DNA of 63,879 nt from Cercozoa sp. M6MM (Eukaryota; Protista; Endomyxa: Ascetosporea), in the NCBI GenBank assembly GCA_040357565.1, contig JBDODJ010000063.1. One strand, written 5' to 3'. Below the pieces are notes generated by a model. The model was not told the DNA's origin. It searched no databases and saw nothing but the letters and a program-made list of their open reading frames with translations. Shown piece after piece: positions 26,995-37,782 of the stretch. The position numbers and the translations under genes are program-made. How positions within the stretch are numbered: the first letter of the stretch is position 1; each line of letters begins with the position of its first letter.

Positions 26995-28833
26995 ATGTGC
27001 CGGCTAGTGCTTCTAGCCTTGGCATGTGCTTCTGTGTTCGGATCGTTGATTCGTAACCGTGGTTCCATACAATAGCGTTTCTGGGTTGTCCTCGTAAAGT
27101 TACGTAAATTGTGTGCTTTCAGGTGTGGATCCTGCGTTGATTAGTCGCTACTCTGGCGCGAGCTTTCTTTGTGACAATGTACAATAGCTTTGTTCTCGGC
27201 CAGTGGCAGTTTGTCACTTGTCCATCCCTGTAGGGCCGCGAATTGCCAATGAGTGTCGTGAATGACGACTACTGCGACTGCTGGGATGGTTTATTTAACT
27301 ACATCTTACAAAGCCAATGTTAATGAAACAATTCCCTTGTGACAGGAACGGACGAACCGGGCACAGCCGCGTGTTGGAACGGTCGCTTCTATTGCAGCAA
27401 CATTGGATCGCAGCCCGAGTTTCTGACAGCGGTAATCTACTCATTTTGTCTCTGTGTTTTCAAGTGCACTTTCCTCAATAACAAAACAGAGCAAAGTCGA
27501 CGACGGAGTTTGTGATTGCTGCGACGGCAGCGACGAGTTGGTGCTTTATTCTTCAGAATATGCTATTTCTATCTACTAACTGGTCGTGTAGCGTTTGAAG
27601 TGCGAGAACACGTGTCTAGTGCACGCACAAAACAGGGTGCTTAAACTTGGTGTTGAAACTTGATTGTTTCGTCTGTTGAAAACACTCGAACTTGTTTTAT
27701 TGCGCAGTTGCTCGAGTTGAAAGAGAACGCGCGTCGTTTCGAAGAGGCAATGTACTCGAAACAGCAGAGGCAGAAACAAGCGCTGCGAGAAGTGGCAGAA
27801 CGCGCGGAAGAGCTGCGCGAAGTCCGCGAGAGTTTGGCGGCGCTGTTGGCAGCCCAGAAGGACTCTGAGCAGCAGGAGAATGACGTCGAACTTTCCGAGA
27901 ATGCGGATAAAATCGAGAACGAAAAGGACGCTGAGAAAGCAGACTCTGGTGTTGCGAAAAACGTCTTTGGCAAGGTCGGCAAGTGGGTCAACAAGTGGGC
28001 TGATCAGGTAAAGCGCTTGTTTGATACTTCATTGAGTGTCTGTGCCAACAACCTTTTTGTTTTCTCCTTGTGCAGAAAGAGAAGAAACAGGTGAGCACCG
28101 GCGATCGGTTCGAATCGGAAAAGGCGAAACTGGAGGCGCGCGAGAAGCAGCTCGTCGCACTCGATTTCGACGCTGCCGATGTCGCCGAAAACTCAATCTG
28201 GCGCACCTTTCTCGTATCGAGTCTCTTTGTTCTTTTAACTTTACGAGTACAGACTGAGCCTTGTTTTTGCCATCTGCGCAGAACAAGTGTCTCGAGTCGC
28301 CAGAGTCCTCAAGGTTCAAGTACGTGGTGTGTCTTTTGGGCAAAGCCACGCAAAAGGACGGACGGCACTCGGTTCATGTCGGGTATGCTGCAGTCTCTGT
28401 TGCCTTTTTGCTGACTAACATTACTCTTGTGTATTATCCTTTGTGTACTGCCTTACTACCTTTGTATACTATCTTTGTATACTACCGTTGCACTACCTTT
28501 GCACGTTACCCTTGTACACTACCTTTGCTGTGCAGTAACTTTCACAGCGCCAGTGAGACCGAGTTAAACTGGACCAACGGCGCCAAGTGTCCCGGCAAAA
28601 GTCGCTCGTTGAAGCTTCGCCTGGCGTGCGATCCGCAGACTGAGATGGAACTCAGCGAGATCACAGAGCCTGTCATGGTACCTTTCTATCAGTCAACGCA
28701 GTCCAGTATACGTCCGCTTTACTTTCTGCAGTGTGAGTACCAAGGCGATTTGCGCACAGTGTTCGCCTGTTCTGAGGCTGAATTGGCGCCTCTGCTCCAG
28801 CAGATTGAGCAGATTGAGCAGGTTCTCATTTAA
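26995..28833 (+). CDS. glucosidase II beta subunit-like protein (PRKCSH family)
   Basis: Signal peptide, VNDDYCDC.DGTDEPGTAAC.NGRFYC, VDDGVCDCCDGSDE, a coiled coil, and an MRH domain (NGAKCPGKSRSL...EP..CEY). Confidence 0.9.
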
Positions 28834-28883
28834 CTACCTGCTAGCTACGTACTCAGTTAACGTTACGTTACATTCGGGAGGGT

Positions 28884-29635
28884 TCAGGCAGATGTGGCTT
28901 CCTCGGCGGTACCTCGTTCGCCGAAAGAGAAGCCACTGCCGCGTGTGCGCGTGCGGCCAGGTTTGTTGTCGCCCGTGCTCTCTCCACTGGCACTTTCAGA
29001 ACTCGACTCGGCGAACAGCTTGTCCAGTGCGTCTTGGTAGGTGTTGATGGAGGAAGCGCGACGACCACCTTGCTGTTCTCTCAGAGAGCGACGTTCGCGA
29101 GCCTTTTTGCGCTGAAATCGCTCCCATTTCTGCAGGTCTTCTTCGTATTTGTAGTCCTTGCCCCCTGCGCAGGTGCCAAGGTATCAAACTGCTGGGTGAA
29201 ACGAAAGCAAGGCAAGGCACATTCGAGGATCTGAGCTTGCACTCGAGCGAGAGGACTCATGATGTTGAGGAAGGCGTCCCGGGACATGCGCAAACACTGA
29301 GTATCTGTGTTGGCAATCACATCAGCAGTACGAAGACCGTTCTGCACGAGTGCTTGTTCGCCAAAGTACTTGCCTGGTCCCAGTTCGGCCACGACGTGCT
29401 TGTGCAGGCCACTGTGGGAGTGAACGTTGACGATAACGCGCACTTCGCCCTTGAGGATGATGTAAAAGTCGTCTCCCACCGTGCCCTGGCGGCATATAGC
29501 TTGATTCGCGTGGAAATGACTTGTCGTTGCAGCATTCGCGATCTGTCGCAAGTCAGCTTTTGTGCATGATGCCAGAAGCGGTACACCTGTCAGAAAGTCC
29601 ACCAGATCACTCTTAGACACCTCTAGTGTCGCCAT
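28884..29635 (-). CDS. single cyclic-nucleotide-binding domain protein
   Basis: ICRQGTVGDDFYIILKGEV...GPGKYFGEQAL...RTADVIA. Confidence 0.9.
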
Positions 29636-29814
29636 TGTTAGTGGTCTGGTTGAGTAGCCTTGAGTGTGGCAAGTTTTCGGAGGACAGAACGCCTCACACT
29701 CACCCAAATTCAGTTCCGGGCGGAGGCTATACAAATACCAAAATCAGATTTAGTTTAGACTTTCGGCCTAACAGGTTACCCAGTTTGGATGCTTGATCTC
29801 GAAGACCTGCAAAG

Positions 29815-31276
29815 ATGGAAGAGTTCGTGAAGTTGAGCGACAGCGGTAATATCTCCTACCTTGTGAACAGTGTGCTGCCATCATTCGTTGCTTTTAGAAA
29901 ATGAGAACAGCGAAAAGATGGAAGAAAGACTCCATAACTTACAGCAAAATCTTTCACGGAGACAAGGGTGGATGGATGCGACGGAAGAACTCATTCCTTG
30001 CCCCGGGTTTGTTTGCAAGGTGCGCGTACAGGCGCCGCTCAACTTTCTCAAGTTACTCGCCGCCGGTTTGCCTGCACCTCTCAAAAGTGACCTGCGAAAG
30101 ATCGAAAGGGCCGTTCACGAGAAATACAAAGGCGACGAAGCACTAGAAAGCGACGAAAAAGCGGAGCAAGCAGTCAAACTATTCATCAACATGTGTTTTT
30201 CAAACAAGCTGGGCGATATGGAGGTAGAGCATGGCAAGTTGCGGCTGCCTGCAAGTTTTTCGGCGCCAAGAATGGACGCAGACAAGTCAGGACAGCCATG
30301 CTTGGTGGCAGAAGCGGTTTTCTCTCGCCAAACGATTCGCAGTTGCCAAGAGGACACAGAATTCCGGCGCTTCTGCTGCTCAATGGCACTTTCGAACTAC
30401 GAGACAAAGTACGACATCAAAGGCGACCTCGAGAAGCACAAAATGAAGTTCCCTAAACTCCAACAGAAAGGTCAGGCGGCTCATCATCCTCAACGCATCC
30501 GAAAGTCTGCAGTCGCTAAAGTGAGGCCGAAAGTCGAGTTGATCGAAAGTGCCTCCTCACACGACGGAGATTCCGACAGGAAAGATATGTTGAAGTCAGA
30601 CCTGCCTGCAGAAGGAACCTTTGTCGAGCAGTTCAAAGCCGATTTGCTGCAGCAAACGCAGCAACTTCGTGCCGCGACTGCACAGTCGGAAACCGCACGC
30701 AGCAGCTCAACTGCCAGAGACCTGAAAGTTGTGCAAATTAACACGTCGAATGGCCCTTACGAACCCACTGTGCGCTTCTTCCAGAAACACACGTCTCAGT
30801 GGCAGCAGATTCCACAAGAAGCGATTGCTCATTCCTCAGTATCCGGCAGCTTTCGATTGGAACTAGATTTTTCAAAGGTACCACCGGCATATTCGTGCCT
30901 GTTGACTGAGTAGCGACTGCCTATCTTTCAGGTACCCGAGATACGCACAGTTGGCGACCTGAAAGCCGAGATCTCTCGAAAGAAACTTGTGTTCCGGACG
31001 GGTACACCGCCTTTCCGTGTGCTGGCGAGTTTCACACGCGAGTCGCTGCCTCTGCACGCCATGGACGACTTTGTCGCTCAGTTTGAACCGAATCGGACGC
31101 GACTTTTGTTGCAGTTTCAACTGAGTGTTAAGAAGCTTCGAGCGAACGAAGTTCCTTCCAACCTGAGGCGACAACAAGACACCTCTACGTCCGCAACCGC
31201 GTCGTCATCCACAGCAACTTACAAACCAACGCGGCAGCTCGTCGAAGATTGGATGACTGACGTCATGCTCGACTAA
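29815..31276 (+). CDS. PIH1-domain protein (kintoun/DNAAF2-like)
   Basis: IPCPGFVCK, KLFINMC, LPASFSAPRMDADKSGQPCLV and FPKLQQKG...QRIR, followed by a CS-like C-terminal region. Confidence 0.8.
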
Positions 31277-31422
31277 TGAATCTTAAAGTTCATGGACTGA
31301 AATCACCAAACTGCTCGGCAGTGTCTGGCCGCGTTCGAGGGGTCTCCCTCGTGTACGGTAAAGGCGTACTCGCTCCTGAGACCGATAGATTAGATTAGCC
31401 CCGCCCAATACACGCACGACGA

Positions 31423-31966
31423 TGTTACGAAACGGTATCTTCTATCCGGCCAGTCAGATCTCTGGTGCTCCGCGTGGAAGAAAGCTATTCATTGAGCACT
31501 TTGAGAAGTGTGGTGTATTGTGTTTGTCTGGTACCCTGACCTCTCCGAGAGTGTTGCTAACCTCCTTACCCTGTGTTTGGTAGACTGACCTTGAAAGAGC
31601 AAGATTTTGCTCCTTTCCTGAAAAGGCTCTCTACTCACCAGGTAAAGCACCTCTCCAGGCTCCAGCCCTTGCACTCTCACGGAATCCCTTGTTGCTGTCT
31701 TCCCAGCACAGAGAGCCTTTCTTTTTCTCCTTTACGTCCCTCCTTCTCCTTCCTTCCTTCTTCTGACTACCGGGCCTCTCTTCCTTCCCGACCAGTCTAC
31801 TTCCTGTACTTTGCCGACCCTATCTTGGGGTAACTACCTCTGAACTGACTACGTCTACTGACTCAATTCTTCTTCACATCGATTCCATTTGTTTCTTTAG
31901 TCTTTTTCCTGGCATAGTACTCTTTTGCACTACCAAAGCCTCAATTTCTGAAAGGCTGCGGTAATA
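31423..31966 (+). mobile_element. element C: member of the TGTTAC family, 544 bp
   Basis: TGTTAC...GTAATA (one substitution), TSD ACGA/ACGA. TCCGCGTGGA at 31469. Predicted introns 31531-31583, 31642-31711, 31736-31795 and 31830-31900. Confidence 0.85.
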
Positions 31967-31971
31967 ACGAT

Positions 31972-32559
31972 TGTTACCGCAGCCCTCTCAGATAGGGATC
32001 AGGCCTTGGTAAATTAAGGGTACTTTGCCAGTGATACAAAAAAAACTAAGGAACGTAATAAAGTCTGTTCTTGGAGGAAGAGTGGCCAAGTGTCAGTTTG
32101 AAAGAATGAGTTACCCCAACGGTTCAGTTGGGCGGCAAAGCACTTGTGGTGGACGGGACAGTCACCCGTCAGATGGGAACTGTAGAAAGGACAGTCAGTA
32201 TAAAGGGTCCTTGAGACGGAAAGGCGTCGTGAGAACTGAGTAGTGAGGATTCAGAAGTACTTGAGTTGGAAGTAAAGAAAAGAAGGGCCCCTGGAAAGGC
32301 AGAGGACAGGTAGAAGCGAAGACAACTGGTCCTGGAGAGATCAGATTACCTGGTCGAGAGAGAGCCCTTCTTTGAGTTCAGCTGCAAAAAGCTTGCTCAA
32401 GGCTTCCCTACTCAAACACAGGTGTTCCACAGTCTGGACTGAAGCTCTCAGTAGGTCAGGATACCAGCAAACACACGTCAAAATCTTCCACACCTCTTTT
32501 GAGGATTTTTTAAGTTGTTGGGTTGCTTCCGCGCGGATACAGTAGTTCATGCTGTAACA
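31972..32559 (-). mobile_element. element D: member of the TGTTAC family, 588 bp, tail-to-tail with C
   Basis: Plus-strand ends TGTTACCGC / GCTGTAACA, TSD CGAT/CGAT. TCCGCGCGGA at 32528-32537. Predicted minus-strand introns 32464-32408, 32349-32291, 32260-32180 and 32114-32046. Confidence 0.9.
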
Positions 32560-32577
32560 CGATGATCAATATTAAGA

Positions 32578-32906
32578 TTAATACAAGCTCAAACGCTCGC
32601 GGTAGCTCGGGGGCTCGAGGTCGTAGTGATGCCGTTCCGGTGGTGGAATTTCAATCGGCGCCAGCAGCTGCGACAAGTCGGCATCGCCAGCCAGTGCCTG
32701 TGCCACTTGCGTCTCCAACGTCATTGTCGTGTCGTGAGGCGTGCCGGCACCGTTTGTCTGTACAGGCTGCAGCAGCATGTCGTGCACTGACGGCGGCAGG
32801 TCGAAGTTGTCGAAATTCCAGTCAGAGTTCTGCAGGGCAGAAGAGACGAGAAGACAGTCAGAGAGAGAGAGAGAGAGAGAGATAGGGAGAGAGAGAGAGA
32901 GATAGG

Positions 32907-32957
<51 letters not shown>

Positions 32958-32967
32958 NNNNNNNNNN

Positions 32968-33017
<50 letters not shown>

Positions 33018-34957
33018 GAAGTGAACATGTGCGTACAAAATTCGACGGCATGACATTGATGTCGTCGAGCAAACGCGAGAGCAGATCGGGCGACCGTGGT
33101 GACGGAGTGCTGCTGCCGAGTGCGGCTTCGCTGTCCGAGTCGCTCCGTGCCGGCGGGAGTTTCACCTGCAGTGCAGACGTCTCCAGCGGCATCGACACCT
33201 GTCCGGCCACTGCCTCGTGTGAGACTGCCTCGTGCGAGTGCAGGTTATTGTCATTGCCAAACGAGTGCAACAGCGACGTCGCGTGTTGTTGCTCTTGCTG
33301 TGGTTGAGGTGACTGGTAGTGATGTTGCTGATAGACGCTGCTGGGAGCACCTGCATTGCCGCCGTAGTTTGCACCGCCTGTGCTACTGCTGCTATTGCTG
33401 CTGTTGTTGTGGTAGCCACTTATCTGCAGAGTCGGCAGCGACGGCGGCTGCGGCGGCAACAACGCCGCCACCATCTCCGACGGCATTCGCGGCTACTCAC
33501 ACACGTGTGCACACACACACACACACACACACACACGGCAACAAGTACCGGTGTTTGCAACAGCGTCTGCAGAGGCAGCATGCTCCTGTTTCCAAGTTAC
33601 CAAATGCACAAAACAACAAAGATACAGAGAAACCATATTTCAGACTACCTGAACTGTTCAACGCGCTGCTTTTCGAGTTCTTGTTTTTTCAACGCACCAT
33701 GCTGAACACAACACAACATATCTCAAGCTAAAACCGCGATCGTTCTTCGGAAATACCTTTCTTTGCTTGTGTTTGGTGAGAGCGTAGCGACTCTTGAAGG
33801 CTGATGTGCAGCCATCAACATCACACTCGAACGGCTAAACACACAGTATGAGACACGAGTCAATGTCGAGAAACGCAAAAATCACGGTTGAGAAACGCTC
33901 GCATAAAATAAGAACAAGACATAAAAATTAAAGTTGGTATTAGCGAGATGTAATACCTTGACAGAACTGTGCGACTGCAAGTGTCGCGTCAGGCCATTCT
34001 TTCGCGTGTAGGTCTTGCCGCACAAGTCGCACTTCCACGGTCGTGGCCTGAGCGACGGGTCGACGTGAGTGATCATGTGAGCATGCAAATTCTGCTTCTT
34101 GCTGAAGCGACGACCGCACTTGTCGCACGCGAAAGGTTTTTCGCCCGTATGCGTGCGCAGATGCACATTCAGGTTGCCCTTCTGTGCGAAACCTCGTCCG
34201 CACAACTGCAACAGCAAAAAACGATTGAAAAGCAGGAATGAAAGCTTCGAAAGTAGGAGTGAAAGCTTTTGAACGCAGGAATGACAGCAGGAATGAAAGC
34301 AGAATGAAAGCAGGAACGAAAGCAGGAATGGAAGCAGGAACGAAAGCAGGATTGAAAGCAGGAATGAAAGCAGGAATGAAAGCAGGAATGAAAGCAGATT
34401 GAAAGTATCAACAAATTGAGAGCAACAGTGAAAGTTTCGAAAGCAAGAGTGGAAGCGAAAGCAGAAACTAACGTGACAAATGTGCTGCTTGTGACTGCGA
34501 ACGTGCTCGGCTTCGACAACAACTTTCGTCGTGCCGTCTTCGTGTTCTTCAATCACAACAACGTCATCGTCGGCGTCGTGCTCGAGTGTGCTGTTCGTGC
34601 TGTGACTGTGCTCGCGATCGCGCAGCGACTGCTCGTGAGCGAAACTCATCGGCACACGAGTCTCGTGCTCCAAGTCCATGCATTCGCTCGCATCGTGAAC
34701 GGAAGTTTCGTTCACTTTGCCAAACACGTCGAGTTGCACATGTTCCGTGTCTCTCAATCGCCTGCTGCTCTGCTCAGTGCAGAATATCACGAATTAACGC
34801 ACGTTGAAAAGCCAAAATGTAAGTCAAGTACCGATAGTCTTGACAAATAGCTGTGTAACCGCTGCTGCCGGCGGAACAAAACGTAGATCGCCGCTGTTTG
34901 AAGCACTACCACGAAGAGCACGGCAAACACGATGCTCAGCACGAGCGCATCCGCCAT
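32578..34957 (-). CDS. C2H2 zinc-finger protein (about four fingers) with an N-terminal hydrophobic helix
   Basis: HICH|LCGRGFAQKGNLNVHLRTHTGEKPFACDKC..., WKCDLC... and PFECDVDGC, then a low-complexity Q/S/H tail. Exon 1 is MADALVLSIVFAVLFVVVLQTAAIYVLFRR. Confidence 0.9.
32860..33013. repeat. intronic (GA)n microsatellite containing an assembly gap
   Basis: GA run with N10 at 32958-32967. Confidence 0.95.
34229..34400. repeat. intronic 12-bp minisatellite (AAAGCAGGAATG)n
   Basis: More than ten degenerate tandem copies inside the intron that splits zinc finger 1. Confidence 0.9.
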
Positions 34958-35420
34958 CTTCGCTTCACAAATTGGCACGCACCCACCGACAACTTGACAG
35001 AAAACTGGGTCAGTGTGCTCAGTGCGTTGAGGCACCCCACGCACTCGAACGTGCTGCAATTTGCCGATTGCACAGCACCAGCTGTCTCCACTGACCGAAA
35101 AACGGCAACACGCTTGATTGCCCAGACGCGAAAAACGGCAACACGCTCCGGAAGGCTCCTAAATTAGCTTTCCAGGAGACCACACACGCACTCAATTAAT
35201 GCAGTACGCACGCGAGACTTTGTGTGTGTTACGCAACTGCAGACCGAGAGAATAATACAGTCTTCTGGCCATCAATCGGTCAATCAAAAATCACCCGCGA
35301 GCCTGGATTTGATCCTATTTAATCTTAACGTTGCAAAGCAACAGGATTCGTTTGTTCAGTTTTGCAACTCAGAAAACGTAACAATTTTGTTCAGTTCTCC
35401 GGTTGGTGCAGTTCGATAAC

Positions 35421-36594
35421 TCACACATCGGTGACCTCAACAACACGTCCGTCCGGCATCGTAACCGTGTTTCGGCCCTTTTTGTTCTTGCCTCTCGACG
35501 ACCCGACGCTGCATTCACCAAAGATGATTAAAAAACCAGTCAGACACAGATTTGACCCAGGAGAAACGCACAACTCGCGAGTGACGTCGATGGTGCCAGC
35601 CAGATCAGTCGCTAGCATGGCTCGACGCACTTGTTCCATGTCATCAAGCTGCATATAGGCTAGCATATACAAACAGTGACAAGATTGGAGTTGAAAAAAC
35701 TGAAACCTCAATCTGAAGCTGAGCACTGGAGCCTCGAGATGACACGAGTTGCAACATGACGAATTTTTGTTCCTGACGCTTGTTGTTGACCACAGAGGCG
35801 CGAGTCGACACCGAAGAGCCCACCACGCGTATCCTGCCACCCAGCACGGCCGCGATCTCGCTGGAATGCTCAGCTTTCTTCTGCAGGGATGCAATGTCAA
35901 CACGGCCAAAGAAGCGACCGCCACGACGCATCGACTGCGACATCATTCGACTGAACAGGTCGCTCATTCCGGCCATGTCGACTGAGTGGCCCGTTCGCCG
36001 CGTGAACTCCTGCTGCACCGGACTTGCGTAGCGCTGCATCTGCTGGAACGCACGTCGCACCTGCCGCAGCTGCCGAGCCTGCGGACTGAAAAACGCAGCC
36101 AGACCCAGCACGAGCCAAAGCGGCCAGAGCCACTACAAATCACAAAAAACCGTATCAAACAATCTCAACTGAAGGAAAGATCGTCGGAATCAAAAAAGAA
36201 AGAAAAACTCACAAAGAAGAAGTGCAAGCACGCGTAGAACACATAGCCTGCGAGGCACGCCTTGGTGAAATCCCACGCCAGGCCCAGCGGGTCTACGCAC
36301 CGAAGCTGAATGCACCCTTAACCAAAACCAAAAAGACAACGCACCATTCACAAGACGGTATTTCATTGTGCGAATCCAAGAATTGAGCATATGCTTGAAC
36401 TGGCTGCCACTCGGCATGCCTGCACCTGAGAAAAACGTCCGACGCGACAGGACGCTCTGCCTGCCAGGCAGGACGTGTGCACGCCGCATCGGCACGAAGC
36501 GACGCTGCATCACGCCCGAAAACTGACGCACGGAACGCGACGCGTACGCATACGTCGTTGGCCGCAGCAGACGGCACACTCGTTGCGACAGCAT
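35421..36594 (-). CDS. mitochondrially targeted membrane protein, possibly Coa1/Tim21-like
   Basis: Arg/Ser-rich presequence MLSQRVCRLLRPTT..., a TM segment, then SEIAAVLGGRIRV...LQLVSSRGS. Confidence 0.55.
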
Positions 36595-36819
36595 TCTTTC
36601 GCGTTTTCTTCACTTCAACCAGACCTTTTTTCGATTCGCGGATGTCCACACGACAACAATTTTCCCGATATCTCCTGCAAATATTGCGAGTAAAGTCACC
36701 GCTCTCTACTGGGCATCGAATTAGAAGCTGTCAGAAGCCTTCTTTTCGCCTGGCTACAGTTTAAAAAAAAATAATAATGCACTTTTTCTCTTGTTAGTGG
36801 AAATTTTAGAGTGCGCACG

Positions 36820-37521
36820 ATGAGTAAAACGTTGCAAGAGGGTGGATGTCACTGTGGTGCTGTGGTATTTCGCGCGATAGCCTGTAAAATAGGATTCTTG
36901 ATTTTTTCTACAGCGGTTCCGCGCGTACCTTCCGAGGGAAGGTTTTGACTGTAACTGTACGGTGTGCTTCAAGAAGGGCTTCCTGCACCTTTACTGCAGC
37001 GGTGCGTTTCTTCAATAGATTGCACTTGTAACAGGAACAGAAAAACGGAAAATCAATGATTGATACAGAAAGCGAATTCGAGCTGCTCAGTGGCGATGAT
37101 GCACTCACGCTGTACCAGTTCGGCACCAATACGGCCAAGCATTGTTTGTCTTGCTCAGCTACTTATTCGTTCTGCAGAAGTAGTTCGTCTGTGCAGTGTT
37201 TTGCAAGCACTGCGGCATCTACGCCTTCTACCACCCGCGTTCACACCCGGAAAAGTGGGACGCACTATCTTCTTTTCAGACATCAATACAGTGTTGAGAT
37301 AATTTCTGTGTCGCTGCAGGTACAGCGTGAACGCGCGCTGTCTTGACGACATCGAGTTCGTGCAACAGGTAGGCGGTGCCTTGTGTGTATATAATATACG
37401 CTGAGTGCAAATTAAACTGTAGTGCAAGTTCACCAAATTCGACGGTCGCGGAGACTACACCAAGAACCGCTCGCTCGTGGACCGCTCAGTCGATGCCGAC
37501 GCCGAGACCAGTGCCGAGTAA
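36820..37521 (+). CDS. GFA/CENP-V family zinc protein
   Basis: GGCHCGAV, CNCTVCFKKGFLH, LTLYQFGTNTAKH.FCKHCGI, PRSHP and YSVNARCLD. Confidence 0.95.
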
Positions 37522-37782
37522 CATAGCGTCGTACAATAATGATTATTTGAATGAGCTTGAAACTGAACTTACCCGACCGGACTCCCTTGCCGAACTTTAA
37601 CGCGATAAAAGTACTCTATCGCGCCGTCCGAAGTACATCACCAGTCAACCTTAATGTTATCTCGTGTGCAGTGCAGATACTCGATGTAACTTGAGCTGGT
37701 GATCCGTAGACTAAGCTCGGAGAGCGCTAGCCGGTCGCGTCGAGTGGCGGATATATTAAATTTACCGTACGTTATTATTCGA

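Noticed and set aside
31440-31510. HDV-like ribozyme (antisense TCCACGCGG resembles L3/P3), hammerhead core, or group I intron P/Q/R/S motifs in the elements
   Set aside because: P1.1, P2 and J4/2 cannot be built consistently in the four copies. There is no CUGANGA/GAAA core and no P7 pairing.
31642-31658. 16-18 nt micro-introns using the first CAG after the intron-2 donor in A, C and D
   Set aside because: Host introns are about 50 nt or longer, and the downstream acceptor gives a consistent size and helix in all four copies.
32341-32550. 69-aa ORF in element D (and the 86-aa ORF in C) as an element-encoded protein
   Set aside because: C has no ATG, indels between C and D break frame, and A/B share no such frame.
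31423-32559. Viroid-, Obelisk- or CRESS-like rod with a central origin hairpin
   Set aside because: The fold-back is explained by two separate elements, each with its own TSD. There is no Rep or Oblin-like ORF and no canonical nonanucleotide.
35227-35383. Further TGTTACG...CGTAACA element
   Set aside because: No TSD, no TCCGCGNGGA and none of the family blocks. A lone CAGTAACAAT at ~43634 likewise has no partner end.
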